A stretch of 32,000 nucleotides of DNA from an uncultured archaeon. GTDB lineage: Archaea > Iainarchaeota > Iainarchaeia > Iainarchaeales > Iainarchaeaceae. The notes below the pieces were generated by a model. That model saw nothing but the letters and a program-made list of their open reading frames with translations, was not told where the DNA came from and searched no databases. The DNA lies in the NCBI GenBank assembly GCA_964577555.1, contig CAZNZM010000005.1, forward strand, positions 1 through 32,000, read 5' to 3'. Position numbers and translations under genes: made by a program. Shown piece by piece: positions 24,901-32,000 of the stretch (its first letter is position 1; each line of letters starts with the position of its first letter).

Positions 24901-27900
24901 TTTCAAGCCTTGATACTTTTACATTTCTTGATTCCGCTTTAAGTCTTGTGAAATGATCTGGTTCAACAAGTATTCCGCCTTCGTCTGTTCCGCCCCTGCA
25001 TTGATAATTTTCTCTTCCCCCGCAAAACCTAAAATCCACTTCAACAGGACCGCAATCAACAGTATCAATTGTAAATTCCGCTTCTCTTTGGTTTGGTTTT
25101 AACTTTATGCCTTCGTCAGCCGCTGGAGTGAATTTTATGCATTGGTCAAGATTGGCTATTGCTATTGAACCTGAAATGTCATTGGTTGCTCCAACAAGTT
25201 GTTTTCCAGAATTTGTTTTGAGGCTTGCACCTATTTTTATTTTGAATTCGGCTTTTTTTCCTGTTGAATTCGGTTTTGGCACGAAAGTCATTCTTGCAGG
25301 ATAAACCTTGCCATATTCCAATTTTTCAAGCAATACACTTGAAACGCTTTGTTGAAGTATTTCCCTGCCTATTTGTCCGCTTGAAACATCTGTTACTGAA
25401 AATTCTATTTGCCCCAATTGACCCGTCTGTCCCTGCCAATTCACGGTTGCCTGCAAATTTGCCAAATCAATAGGCGTTTCTTCTTTTGATATGCAATTAT
25501 TGACTATTTCAAATTCAAGCGAAGCTTGATTGTCAACCGTTGAATCCTGCCACTCAGCAGTTGAAAGCGAAATACATGGGGCATTGGCAGGCATTTCAGC
25601 AAGGTTTATCAAAGCCTCGTATGGCAAGGAAGCAATCCAAATAGCGTTTCTGTCATTTGGAGTGCCAAACTCAAGCATGAAATTTCCTGAAATTTTTTTT
25701 TGCTGTTCAAGCAAATCAGCTTCAGAACCAACTGCTGATAACAAATTGATTTGTTTTGAATCAAGGCTTTGTATTTGGTTTCCAACCCATTGCTGGACAA
25801 AAGTATTCATTCTTGCTTCATCCAGCAACCCTTTGGAGTTTATTGATTCGCGAATGCTTTTGATTGTAATTGGAATAGCTAAATTGTTTATTATTCTGAC
25901 TTCCGAATTAGTCCCGCTTTTTACTTGCATATTCAAGGAAACCGAGACTTTTGATGGCTCAAATGAAACCACTTCGCTTTTGAATTGTTTTTCAACAACG
26001 TTGGAAGCCAAACCTGATTTTTCAGCCCAAACAAACAATTTTGTTCCAGGCGAAGAAGCCGGCAAAAGCATTTTTGCGTTGCCGTTCCAATCGGTCACTG
26101 CACTGAATCTGGTTTCGCTTCTATCCGGCAAAACCCTTAAAGCGTAAATAACTGCTCTTTCAACGCCAAAGCCAGTGTCTTTTCCGGTGCTATAAGCAGC
26201 GTTTACAGAGATTTCTGTTTGAATATACGCCGGCAACGTTTGAGGCATTACTGACAAGCTTATGTTACCTTGCGCAAAAGGCAAAAAAGCGACAGGGCTT
26301 TTGAAAACCTCGGAATTGCCTGAGATTAAAGACAAAATCATGTTTTGCGGATTTGTGCTTTTTGGCTCTATTTCAATAATACCTCTCACGCTTTTGTTTT
26401 TTAAAAAATTTCCTGCTGCGATTTGTTCAATTTCATAACCTTGGTTTGTTGATGAAAACACCCTTCCATCGGCATTTGTAATTGAATAAGATTTAATCAA
26501 AAAGCCATTTTCATGTTCAATCTTTGCCGAAAAAGTTGCGTTGTTATATTCGTAATCGGAATTGTTTGTAAGAGTGAATTCCAAAACATATGGGCTGAAT
26601 GTTTTCACTTTATATGGTTGTTCAATATACAGATTGGTTTCCTTGTCCAACAGCCTTGTTCTTAAACAAAAATTCAAATTGCATAATTCTTCTATTCCTT
26701 CCAAAAACCTCAATTCATGGCTGTTTGCATAAAATCCTTTTTTTGATTGTGTGTCCGCCTCGTTGCCAAGAGTGTTGTCTGCAGGAACTCTAATATATCC
26801 TGAATCTGAAAAGGCATAAACTCTGTAATATAAAGGGAGTTCTGTTGAAGGCGCTGTGCCTGGCTTTATTCTTACATCAGCTTCAATTTCGTATTTTCCT
26901 GGTTCTGGCCTGTTCCATTGCACCGACACCCACTTTGCATTGCCTTGCGTTGTTTTTTCTTCATCATCTCCCAATGGCGGGTTGTATGTTTCTCCTTTGT
27001 TAATAAGCCGTGCAGGAACCCTTGTTGATTCTATCCATAAAACATCGCTAGCCACGTTTGCTTTGTCTCCCGCTCTGAAGAAAAAACCAGCTTCGGAATA
27101 ATTTGAGTTGTTCGGAATTTCCATTAAAAACTTTGCAGTATAAAGCGAGCCTGCAGCAAGCGAAACAGCTTTTGTGTCCTTGTCTCTAAACATTCCTAAA
27201 AACATTATTTTTGGCTGGTTATCCGAACTTCCCTGTGTTAAAACCGCGTTGAATTGGATTGACTTGTTCGGCAACACTTGTTTTGGCGAGAAAAAATAAG
27301 ATGCATAACCTTCTTTTCTTACAACAGCATACACGCTTTTGTCTGCTTTCACTTTCAAAGTGCCGGCGCCATCAGGCCCAAGCGTTATTACTCCTATTGT
27401 TTTTCCATAATCCGCAATTAATTGTGCTTGAGCGCCAATCACAGGCAAGCCGTCTTCATTTACAGCCTTTATGTTTATTGTGCCTTGTCCTATTGTAATA
27501 CGCATTTGAACGTTGTTGTCTGTTGCAGGATTGACTTCAAACAATTCAGATTTTCCTTCGGCTGGGAATTTCTGAGCCAAAGCATAAAATTTACCCCTGC
27601 CTACACCCCTTATTGAAGCAACTCCGTTGAAATCAGTGATTCCGAAAGGATAAGCTGTCGCAACCAAACCATCTTCGCCAAGCAGAATTACTTTTGCGTT
27701 TTCAACAGGCAAATTATCTTCATCAATGACCTTGACATTCAAATAACCGCATTTTGTAGGAGTGCACTTTTCAAGTTCAATGTTTATCCTTTGTTCGCTT
27801 CCCCTCGGAAAAGAAAACGTTGAAATTTCCCTTTTTGGCGAAGGAATAAAATCATTCTTGTAGGCACTGATATAGTATGTTCCGCTGTCTTTCAAAAAGA

Positions 27901-28972
27901 ACACCGCAGAACCGTTATAATCCTCGGTTTTTTTGCTTCCAACAATTCCGCTTGCATTGAAAAGAAAAACATCAGCCCCACTGATTTTTGCTCCGCCTTT
28001 TTCCGAAACATTGACAACAAGTTTTAGCTTGACATCTTTTGAAACCAATATCTCTTTTTTAGAAATAATTCCTTCAACGACTTCAACAGGAATGCTTTGA
28101 GAAGCGTATTGCCCCGCGGGATCGCTTATCGCCGCAACGTAATTGCCCACAGGAATTCTTGTAAATGACACCTTGCCAAAGGAAGTTGCACCCTCTATTT
28201 CCGTAGGCGAATTTGAAGAATCAAAAAGCTTTACAAAAATGTCATTCAAATACCTTCCAGTATCAGCATCTTTTATATCCAAATCCAAATTACTTTTTGG
28301 CAAGTCCAAGCCTTGAAAATTAATTTGCCCGACTTTGGTTTGCACCATTGCAAAAGCCGATTTAAAACCAACCGCAGTCGCACTTGCCTTTATTGTCCCG
28401 CAATTTTCCGGAGCCATTACCTTAAGCTCTCCTTCAGTTGTAACATACTCGTCTTTGTCAAAATTTTTTGCGGATTGAACAGTGCATGAAAGCTTGACCG
28501 AAATTTCTTTGCCAACAAGTTTTTTAGAGTCAGGGCCCACAAAAATCAAAGTGACTTCCCTTGCAGCTTGCGTCTTCGCAACCAAATCCATTTTCAATTC
28601 CATTTTAGCTCCTACGGAAACAATCAAATTTTTGTTTGAAACAGGCTTGTATCCTTCCTTGTTTGCCGAAACCTTGAATTCCTTGCCAATGGGCAAATCA
28701 AACAAAGCTTCGCCGTTTGAATTTGTTTTCACTTCAAATTGGTTATCCGAGTCCTCGACCAGAACCTTTGCTTCGCTTATCGGATTGCCTTTGTCATCTT
28801 TTACAAGAACGCTTACCTGTGCGTTTTCAGGCTTTGCGTTCATAAAAAAAGCAAACGCCAAAATAATGAAAATTACGAGTATTAAAATAATTGAATAAGG
28901 AAAAAAAGGTATTTTGCCTTTAAGAATCTCATACCTTCCGACAATTTCTTCTCTTATATTTGCCAGCTCCAT
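21962..28972 (-). CDS. Giant envelope protein 2 (about 2336 aa from ATG 28972; ORF track starts at 28990), paralog of giant protein 1
   Basis: MELANIREEIV...PFFPYSIILILVIFIILAFAFFM TM anchor; LKVIVDEDNLPVENAKVI-type repeats (read as NVKVIDEDNLPVENAKVILLGEDG); central TM GIALGGAAAGVAAGLITVLAIG...VIIIFMTILGEDPC; shared C-terminal module. Confidence 0.92.
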   Translation of the reverse strand: MELANIREEIVGRYEILKGKIPFFPYSIILILVIFIILAFAFFMNAKPENAQVSVLVKDDKGNPISEAKVLVEDSDNQFEVKTNSNGEALFDLPIGKEFKVSANKEGYKPVSNKNLIVSVGAKMELKMDLVAKTQAAREVTLIFVGPDSKKLVGKEISVKLSCTVQSAKNFDKDEYVTTEGELKVMAPENCGTIKASATAVGFKSAFAMVQTKVGQINFQGLDLPKSNLDLDIKDADTGRYLNDIFVKLFDSSNSPTEIEGATSFGKVSFTRIPVGNYVAAISDPAGQYASQSIPVEVVEGIISKKEILVSKDVKLKLVVNVSEKGGAKISGADVFLFNASGIVGSKKTEDYNGSAVFFLKDSGTYYISAYKNDFIPSPKREISTFSFPRGSEQRINIELEKCTPTKCGYLNVKVIDEDNLPVENAKVILLGEDGLVATAYPFGITDFNGVASIRGVGRGKFYALAQKFPAEGKSELFEVNPATDNNVQMRITIGQGTINIKAVNEDGLPVIGAQAQLIADYGKTIGVITLGPDGAGTLKVKADKSVYAVVRKEGYASYFFSPKQVLPNKSIQFNAVLTQGSSDNQPKIMFLGMFRDKDTKAVSLAAGSLYTAKFLMEIPNNSNYSEAGFFFRAGDKANVASDVLWIESTRVPARLINKGETYNPPLGDDEEKTTQGNAKWVSVQWNRPEPGKYEIEADVRIKPGTAPSTELPLYYRVYAFSDSGYIRVPADNTLGNEADTQSKKGFYANSHELRFLEGIEELCNLNFCLRTRLLDKETNLYIEQPYKVKTFSPYVLEFTLTNNSDYEYNNATFSAKIEHENGFLIKSYSITNADGRVFSSTNQGYEIEQIAAGNFLKNKSVRGIIEIEPKSTNPQNMILSLISGNSEVFKSPVAFLPFAQGNISLSVMPQTLPAYIQTEISVNAAYSTGKDTGFGVERAVIYALRVLPDRSETRFSAVTDWNGNAKMLLPASSPGTKLFVWAEKSGLASNVVEKQFKSEVVSFEPSKVSVSLNMQVKSGTNSEVRIINNLAIPITIKSIRESINSKGLLDEARMNTFVQQWVGNQIQSLDSKQINLLSAVGSEADLLEQQKKISGNFMLEFGTPNDRNAIWIASLPYEALINLAEMPANAPCISLSTAEWQDSTVDNQASLEFEIVNNCISKEETPIDLANLQATVNWQGQTGQLGQIEFSVTDVSSGQIGREILQQSVSSVLLEKLEYGKVYPARMTFVPKPNSTGKKAEFKIKIGASLKTNSGKQLVGATNDISGSIAIANLDQCIKFTPAADEGIKLKPNQREAEFTIDTVDCGPVEVDFRFCGGRENYQCRGGTDEGGILVEPDHFTRLKAESRNVKVSRLEIPGFYGLTIEAKPAGGTFRQIAEYDVIVEPEEGEYFSMDRYAFTMIGKGKKDEATLTNYMLQEKVNVKANKCAWEEAASGLNDAEKAGIALGGAAAGVAAGLITVLAIGASTGIGAVVGIIVFVIIIFMTILGEDPCEQFETHTLNDYVINLVGTDDKTKPRYVGPDAIDVIVSDSRFKGEWMLDIADAIQKFNKTNPNGKQVVGVVFTNLSAEEEKPIYAIATMRAKEHIHGDPTHQNALVQCGRAGSTNGDFGNFWINMVPCNTLNNMEDKVYSQKFHVKFNTSEEKTYIPKTTFDSFACQNGLEIGRTGKGALPRVKFNWSWKENEGGISYNQCDADNPDYVYCDAVQFTIELNKKLNMLNEFLQENNYNFECSFAKDAKSEIANSIAEQYKGSSSRNVPNGFLGVKEITLKEENNQIKVNVSVENKTDDYQDATISVSGVKGTTQLEPCVVQLLGISKDEKRNASCDFANLEDGAYLFNASISSSTAGEKQQSGSVVNAIFFGDPTKGDAAKFCEFRTTETIAGTPQLIRYIEGKNVKWTKAIPNMEALQKLLIFDAYLIKDNYSKEFFLDFSKTYSSGQFFDADSYFTSLISDSQGNKIGFNKLMDEGKFVVRRKFADTSEINNPGLYRVELAVYFTGGDWKLIRENGSITGYVAIIMTRIADPNPNSPFYYIPFDGLVGVEGNKINRKNYGATFYNQGGTSIVAINNGKNAVMSFEDSGSNAISKILVASNNDLYTLNTAPQTRGMVLEVASKEGKGSKIVFQPSQATPLIMKISSEKSSQPLNAYYSIIENSATTSTGTSLTYWDGAGNCLDFTGAPVTEAFYQKPDRQGKESDKINDYKSSYAIDWPSIQYSGDVYLRTIIFSDPKKQTQIRAKPESRVEFMTPDESGKQVTLNGIIGMKYNDYSMGLSGRIASISDAFKMVENNMLCVTSTGNSVKFWWNPQYVYTYNGRQKNISSFANSLEAGRTCIGQ

Positions 28973-29221
28973 TGCAAAAAATATGTTCATTTTGTTATTA
29001 AATTATTTGTTCAACCAATTGTCGGTTGCATATTTAAAAAGTCCGGTTATTAAAGGATTTTTTTTGCAAGCCATTTTTTTGGAAAATTTTGAAATTTTTT
29101 TTGTTGTTTGTTTTGCGAGCCGTTTTTGTCATTTTTTTTGAACTTATTTTTTTTGTCATGTTTTTTTTGAAGAACAATTTTTGAAATTGGTTTTATTTGT
29201 TTGCGAATAACTTTATAGTTT

Positions 29222-32000
29222 TTAGAATGCCTTTCTCGTGTTCGGCGAAGCTATGCATTGGTTGATCGCTTCTTCCTCTTTTGGCAGTATTGTGGAGTAC
29301 AATTTTTTCGGGTTCCAGAAAAATTCAGATTTAATGTTGCTTCCAGTAATGCAAATGTATTCGTCTTTAACCAAATTGAATATGTCTTGCAGGCTGGTTA
29401 TTCTCGGGGTTACTCCGTTTCCGTTGAGGGGAACTCTTTTACCTGTAGTGGTTCCGATAAGCCTTGCTTCATCAGAAGCTATATCAACAATTTCAAGCCT
29501 GCTGTCGCTATCTTGCGGCGTGTAGAATATGGTTTCGTAAAATACTTTGCCGAAGTTTACTGGGTCTTGGCAGAATTCAAACGCGTATCTGCTTTCTTTT
29601 GGCAAGCCAACCAAAGCACATTTGGTGCTTATGCCGTGGGTATCAGTAATATAATTTTGTTGTGACATTACCGAACCGTCAAATCCTCTGCAACTTGCTC
29701 CTACACCATTCCACTTTGTAAGGTATGGACCTACATTTACCGCGTCTCCATCAATTGCTGGCTGGTAAACAGCGTATGCTGATCCGCTTGTTTTCTTTTC
29801 AATTTCAAGCATGACTGGAGTAGCGTTGGATGGTTGGTATAACAATTCAAGTCCTCCGTCAACTCTTGAAAGCTTTGCTATTACGCCTCTTTCATCTATT
29901 TGCATTGCCTTGAAATTGTTTGACTTCACTACTTTCAATATTCCGTTTTCTATCGGCGCCGAACCGGCAATGTCAACGGTTCTTACTGCGTTGGAACCAT
30001 TGTCTATTAATATGCTGTCTCCTTCAAAGTTGATGCCATATCCTGTTCTTCCGCCTCTTTTTACATCTTCGTCAAGCGGTGGAACCCCTACCAAACCATT
30101 GATAGGCAGGTAATAGAACGGGCTGTCGGGTTGTGCCCCTTTCACTTTTTCCATTCTCACAACTATTTTTGCCGTAGGCTTGCCAGTGTTGTCAAAGAGC
30201 TTCCAATCCTTGTCTTCGTAATTTATGTCAATCGTGATATTGTATGTTCCTGGCCCCGGCAAAGTAAAGTCAGGTTGGCTGTAAGCGTCAAAAGTAAAAA
30301 GCTTTTGATCTCTAAAATAAGTTCCCAAGCCGCTTTCCGGAATGCCTTGCATGGAGAAATACCATTCAGGAGCTTGGAAGAAAGTATTGTTTGAAGCCAC
30401 GTCAAAGTCGTGCTGGAAGTCTTTGCTGTAACCATCAACCATGAGCAAAGCATTGAAATTCACCAATTGCACTATTTCGTTGTTTCTTATTCCTGAAGCT
30501 TTTAGAAATTCTGCCAATCTTGTTGTAGAGTAAGGAGTGCATTGTCCCAACCCAGATTCGCCTATAAACAAGTTTTTGGAAGCCGAATTTGTTGCAGAAA
30601 CATCTTCGCACTTTTCACAGGATATTTTTGGAGAAATTGTAGCATTTGCAGTATAATACCCTTGTGCAAGGTTGTTGAAAGTGCATTTAACTTCTTGAGT
30701 TGTTCCAGCGGCCAACAATATTTTTTGCGTTCCGCCAGAGCAAATTATTTCAGGAGCGTTTGAAATAGGTTTGATTTTTAACACTACATCTGTTTCTATT
30801 TGGCTCGGATTTGTGTTTTTAACTTCCGCAATGACTTCTATGCTGTTCCCTGTTTTGATAGTGTCAAGCGATGCTATTCCGACATCATAACTGCCTATCT
30901 CGTTTTTTATTGAAGTATTTTCTCCAGGCGTTGGGCATTGGAATTGGGAAGCATTTTGTCTCAAGAAATCATCCAATATTTTGATTTTTTTAAGTATGGC
31001 TATGCTGAATTGCGTTGCGTCGCAGTAAACCCCGTTTGGGTTGTTTTCGTTGCATTCGTTTTCCGCTATTGAACTCCAATTCCAAGCCAATTTTATTTTC
31101 GGCAATGCGTCAGGCCCTGTTGCCCCGGTTTTTTCTCCGTCTTGGCAGTTCAATATTGAAGGTGCTTGGATTGTTTCGATTTCAGGCGGAACCGCGTTGA
31201 ATTCCAATTTATATGTTTGTTCAAGCCTTTGGCTAGGCAAATCCTCTTCAAGCTTCTTCTTTTGCTTATTTAAAGTGCTTGTGTCAAAGAAGCCGAGGAA
31301 ACCGCCTTCCTCGTCATAAAAGTCTTTTTTCTTGTATGTTTTATCCTTGTATTTATGCCTTATTCCATTAATCAAAAGGTTTGAATAATAAGGAGCTTCT
31401 TCTGTTGTTATCAGCCTGCTGTCATTCACGAAAACAGCCTTGTATATTTGCGTGCCTTGTGAAAGCACATCGCTTGGAGTATTAGTCAAAGGCATTGGCA
31501 CTATAGTGCTGCTTTCCTCTTTTTCCTTGCCAAGCCCTTCAACTTCAAGCCTTATTTTATCATCCTCAACAGCTTGTTGTCCTTCGCCTTGCACCAACTT
31601 TATTCTTTGAATTTCAACATCTGGTTGCAAAATAGTGAATGGTACTTCTTTTTCCTGTCCGGAATAAGAAATCAAAGTTCCTACAAATCCGCCTAACAAC
31701 CCCGCTGCTAAAGGACTTGTTCCAAAGACTCCTCTTACAAGCCCTGCTCCGCTTTTAAGCAAACCCTCAGCAAGACTGCCAGCAGCACCTTGTGCTGCAG
31801 AATTTCCTATTGACATTCTTCCAGTAATTGGTAAAATGTTGGCGAAAGCAATTGGCGGCAAATTTGTTACATCCTGCTCTTGTTTTTCACTTTGAGCAGT
31901 GGTATTAGTTTTATTATTATCTGTTTTGGGTTTTCCTGTTAGAATTTCCCTGTCTCCGGCTCCCCAATTGGTGAGCATTACAAGCCCTGCAGAAATTGCT
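29222..32000 (-). CDS. Giant envelope protein 3, partial (5' end beyond right edge; at least 918 aa visible), paralog of the C-terminal half of proteins 1 and 2
   Basis: The reading frame remains open upstream of the listed Met (AISAGLVMLTNWGAGD). It shares ALPKIKLAWNW...NPNGVYCDATQFSIAILKK, QPDSPFYYLPINGLVGV, YQPSNATPVML and EFFWNPKKLYS with the paralogs. Confidence 0.9.
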   Translation of the reverse strand, partial: AISAGLVMLTNWGAGDREILTGKPKTDNNKTNTTAQSEKQEQDVTNLPPIAFANILPITGRMSIGNSAAQGAAGSLAEGLLKSGAGLVRGVFGTSPLAAGLLGGFVGTLISYSGQEKEVPFTILQPDVEIQRIKLVQGEGQQAVEDDKIRLEVEGLGKEKEESSTIVPMPLTNTPSDVLSQGTQIYKAVFVNDSRLITTEEAPYYSNLLINGIRHKYKDKTYKKKDFYDEEGGFLGFFDTSTLNKQKKKLEEDLPSQRLEQTYKLEFNAVPPEIETIQAPSILNCQDGEKTGATGPDALPKIKLAWNWSSIAENECNENNPNGVYCDATQFSIAILKKIKILDDFLRQNASQFQCPTPGENTSIKNEIGSYDVGIASLDTIKTGNSIEVIAEVKNTNPSQIETDVVLKIKPISNAPEIICSGGTQKILLAAGTTQEVKCTFNNLAQGYYTANATISPKISCEKCEDVSATNSASKNLFIGESGLGQCTPYSTTRLAEFLKASGIRNNEIVQLVNFNALLMVDGYSKDFQHDFDVASNNTFFQAPEWYFSMQGIPESGLGTYFRDQKLFTFDAYSQPDFTLPGPGTYNITIDINYEDKDWKLFDNTGKPTAKIVVRMEKVKGAQPDSPFYYLPINGLVGVPPLDEDVKRGGRTGYGINFEGDSILIDNGSNAVRTVDIAGSAPIENGILKVVKSNNFKAMQIDERGVIAKLSRVDGGLELLYQPSNATPVMLEIEKKTSGSAYAVYQPAIDGDAVNVGPYLTKWNGVGASCRGFDGSVMSQQNYITDTHGISTKCALVGLPKESRYAFEFCQDPVNFGKVFYETIFYTPQDSDSRLEIVDIASDEARLIGTTTGKRVPLNGNGVTPRITSLQDIFNLVKDEYICITGSNIKSEFFWNPKKLYSTILPKEEEAINQCIASPNTRKAF

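Noticed and set aside
25530-26147. + strand ORF of 205 aa
   Set aside because: Antisense to giant protein 2, whose frame matches its paralog throughout.
14634-32000. Possibility that the three giant genes are polyketide/nonribosomal synthetases or phage tail-fibre genes
   Set aside because: No carrier-protein, condensation or structural phage motifs; instead N-terminal anchors, carboxypeptidase-regulatory-like repeats and no capsid, terminase or integrase genes nearby.

Overview
The window is AT-rich archaeal chromosomal DNA. Support: a tRNA-Arg with a bulge-helix-bulge (BHB) intron, an archaeal-type family B DNA polymerase, a type II methionine aminopeptidase, and TATA elements placed about 25-32 nt from start codons (leaderless-style). 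A DPANN-like source, possibly Diapherotrites- or Micrarchaeota-like, is inference only. From left to right it contains: an N-terminally truncated beta-helix / bacterial-repeat surface-protein remnant; a glycosyltransferase; MsrB; tRNA-Leu(UAG); a multipass membrane protein overlapping an FAD oxidoreductase; tRNA-Arg(GCG) with a 22-nt intron; a roughly 500-nt T-rich spacer; map; polB; and a coiled-coil protein, a HerA-like protein with apparently degenerate nucleotide-binding motifs, and a second helical/coiled-coil protein. The last ~19 kb is one minus-strand block. It holds three paralogous very large envelope proteins (2392 aa, about 2340 aa, and at least 918 aa, the last cut by the window edge), followed by a tight run of five small membrane proteins, three of which look like divergent duplicates of one another. 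That block is the strongest candidate for an undescribed envelope or secretion/adhesion-type system.
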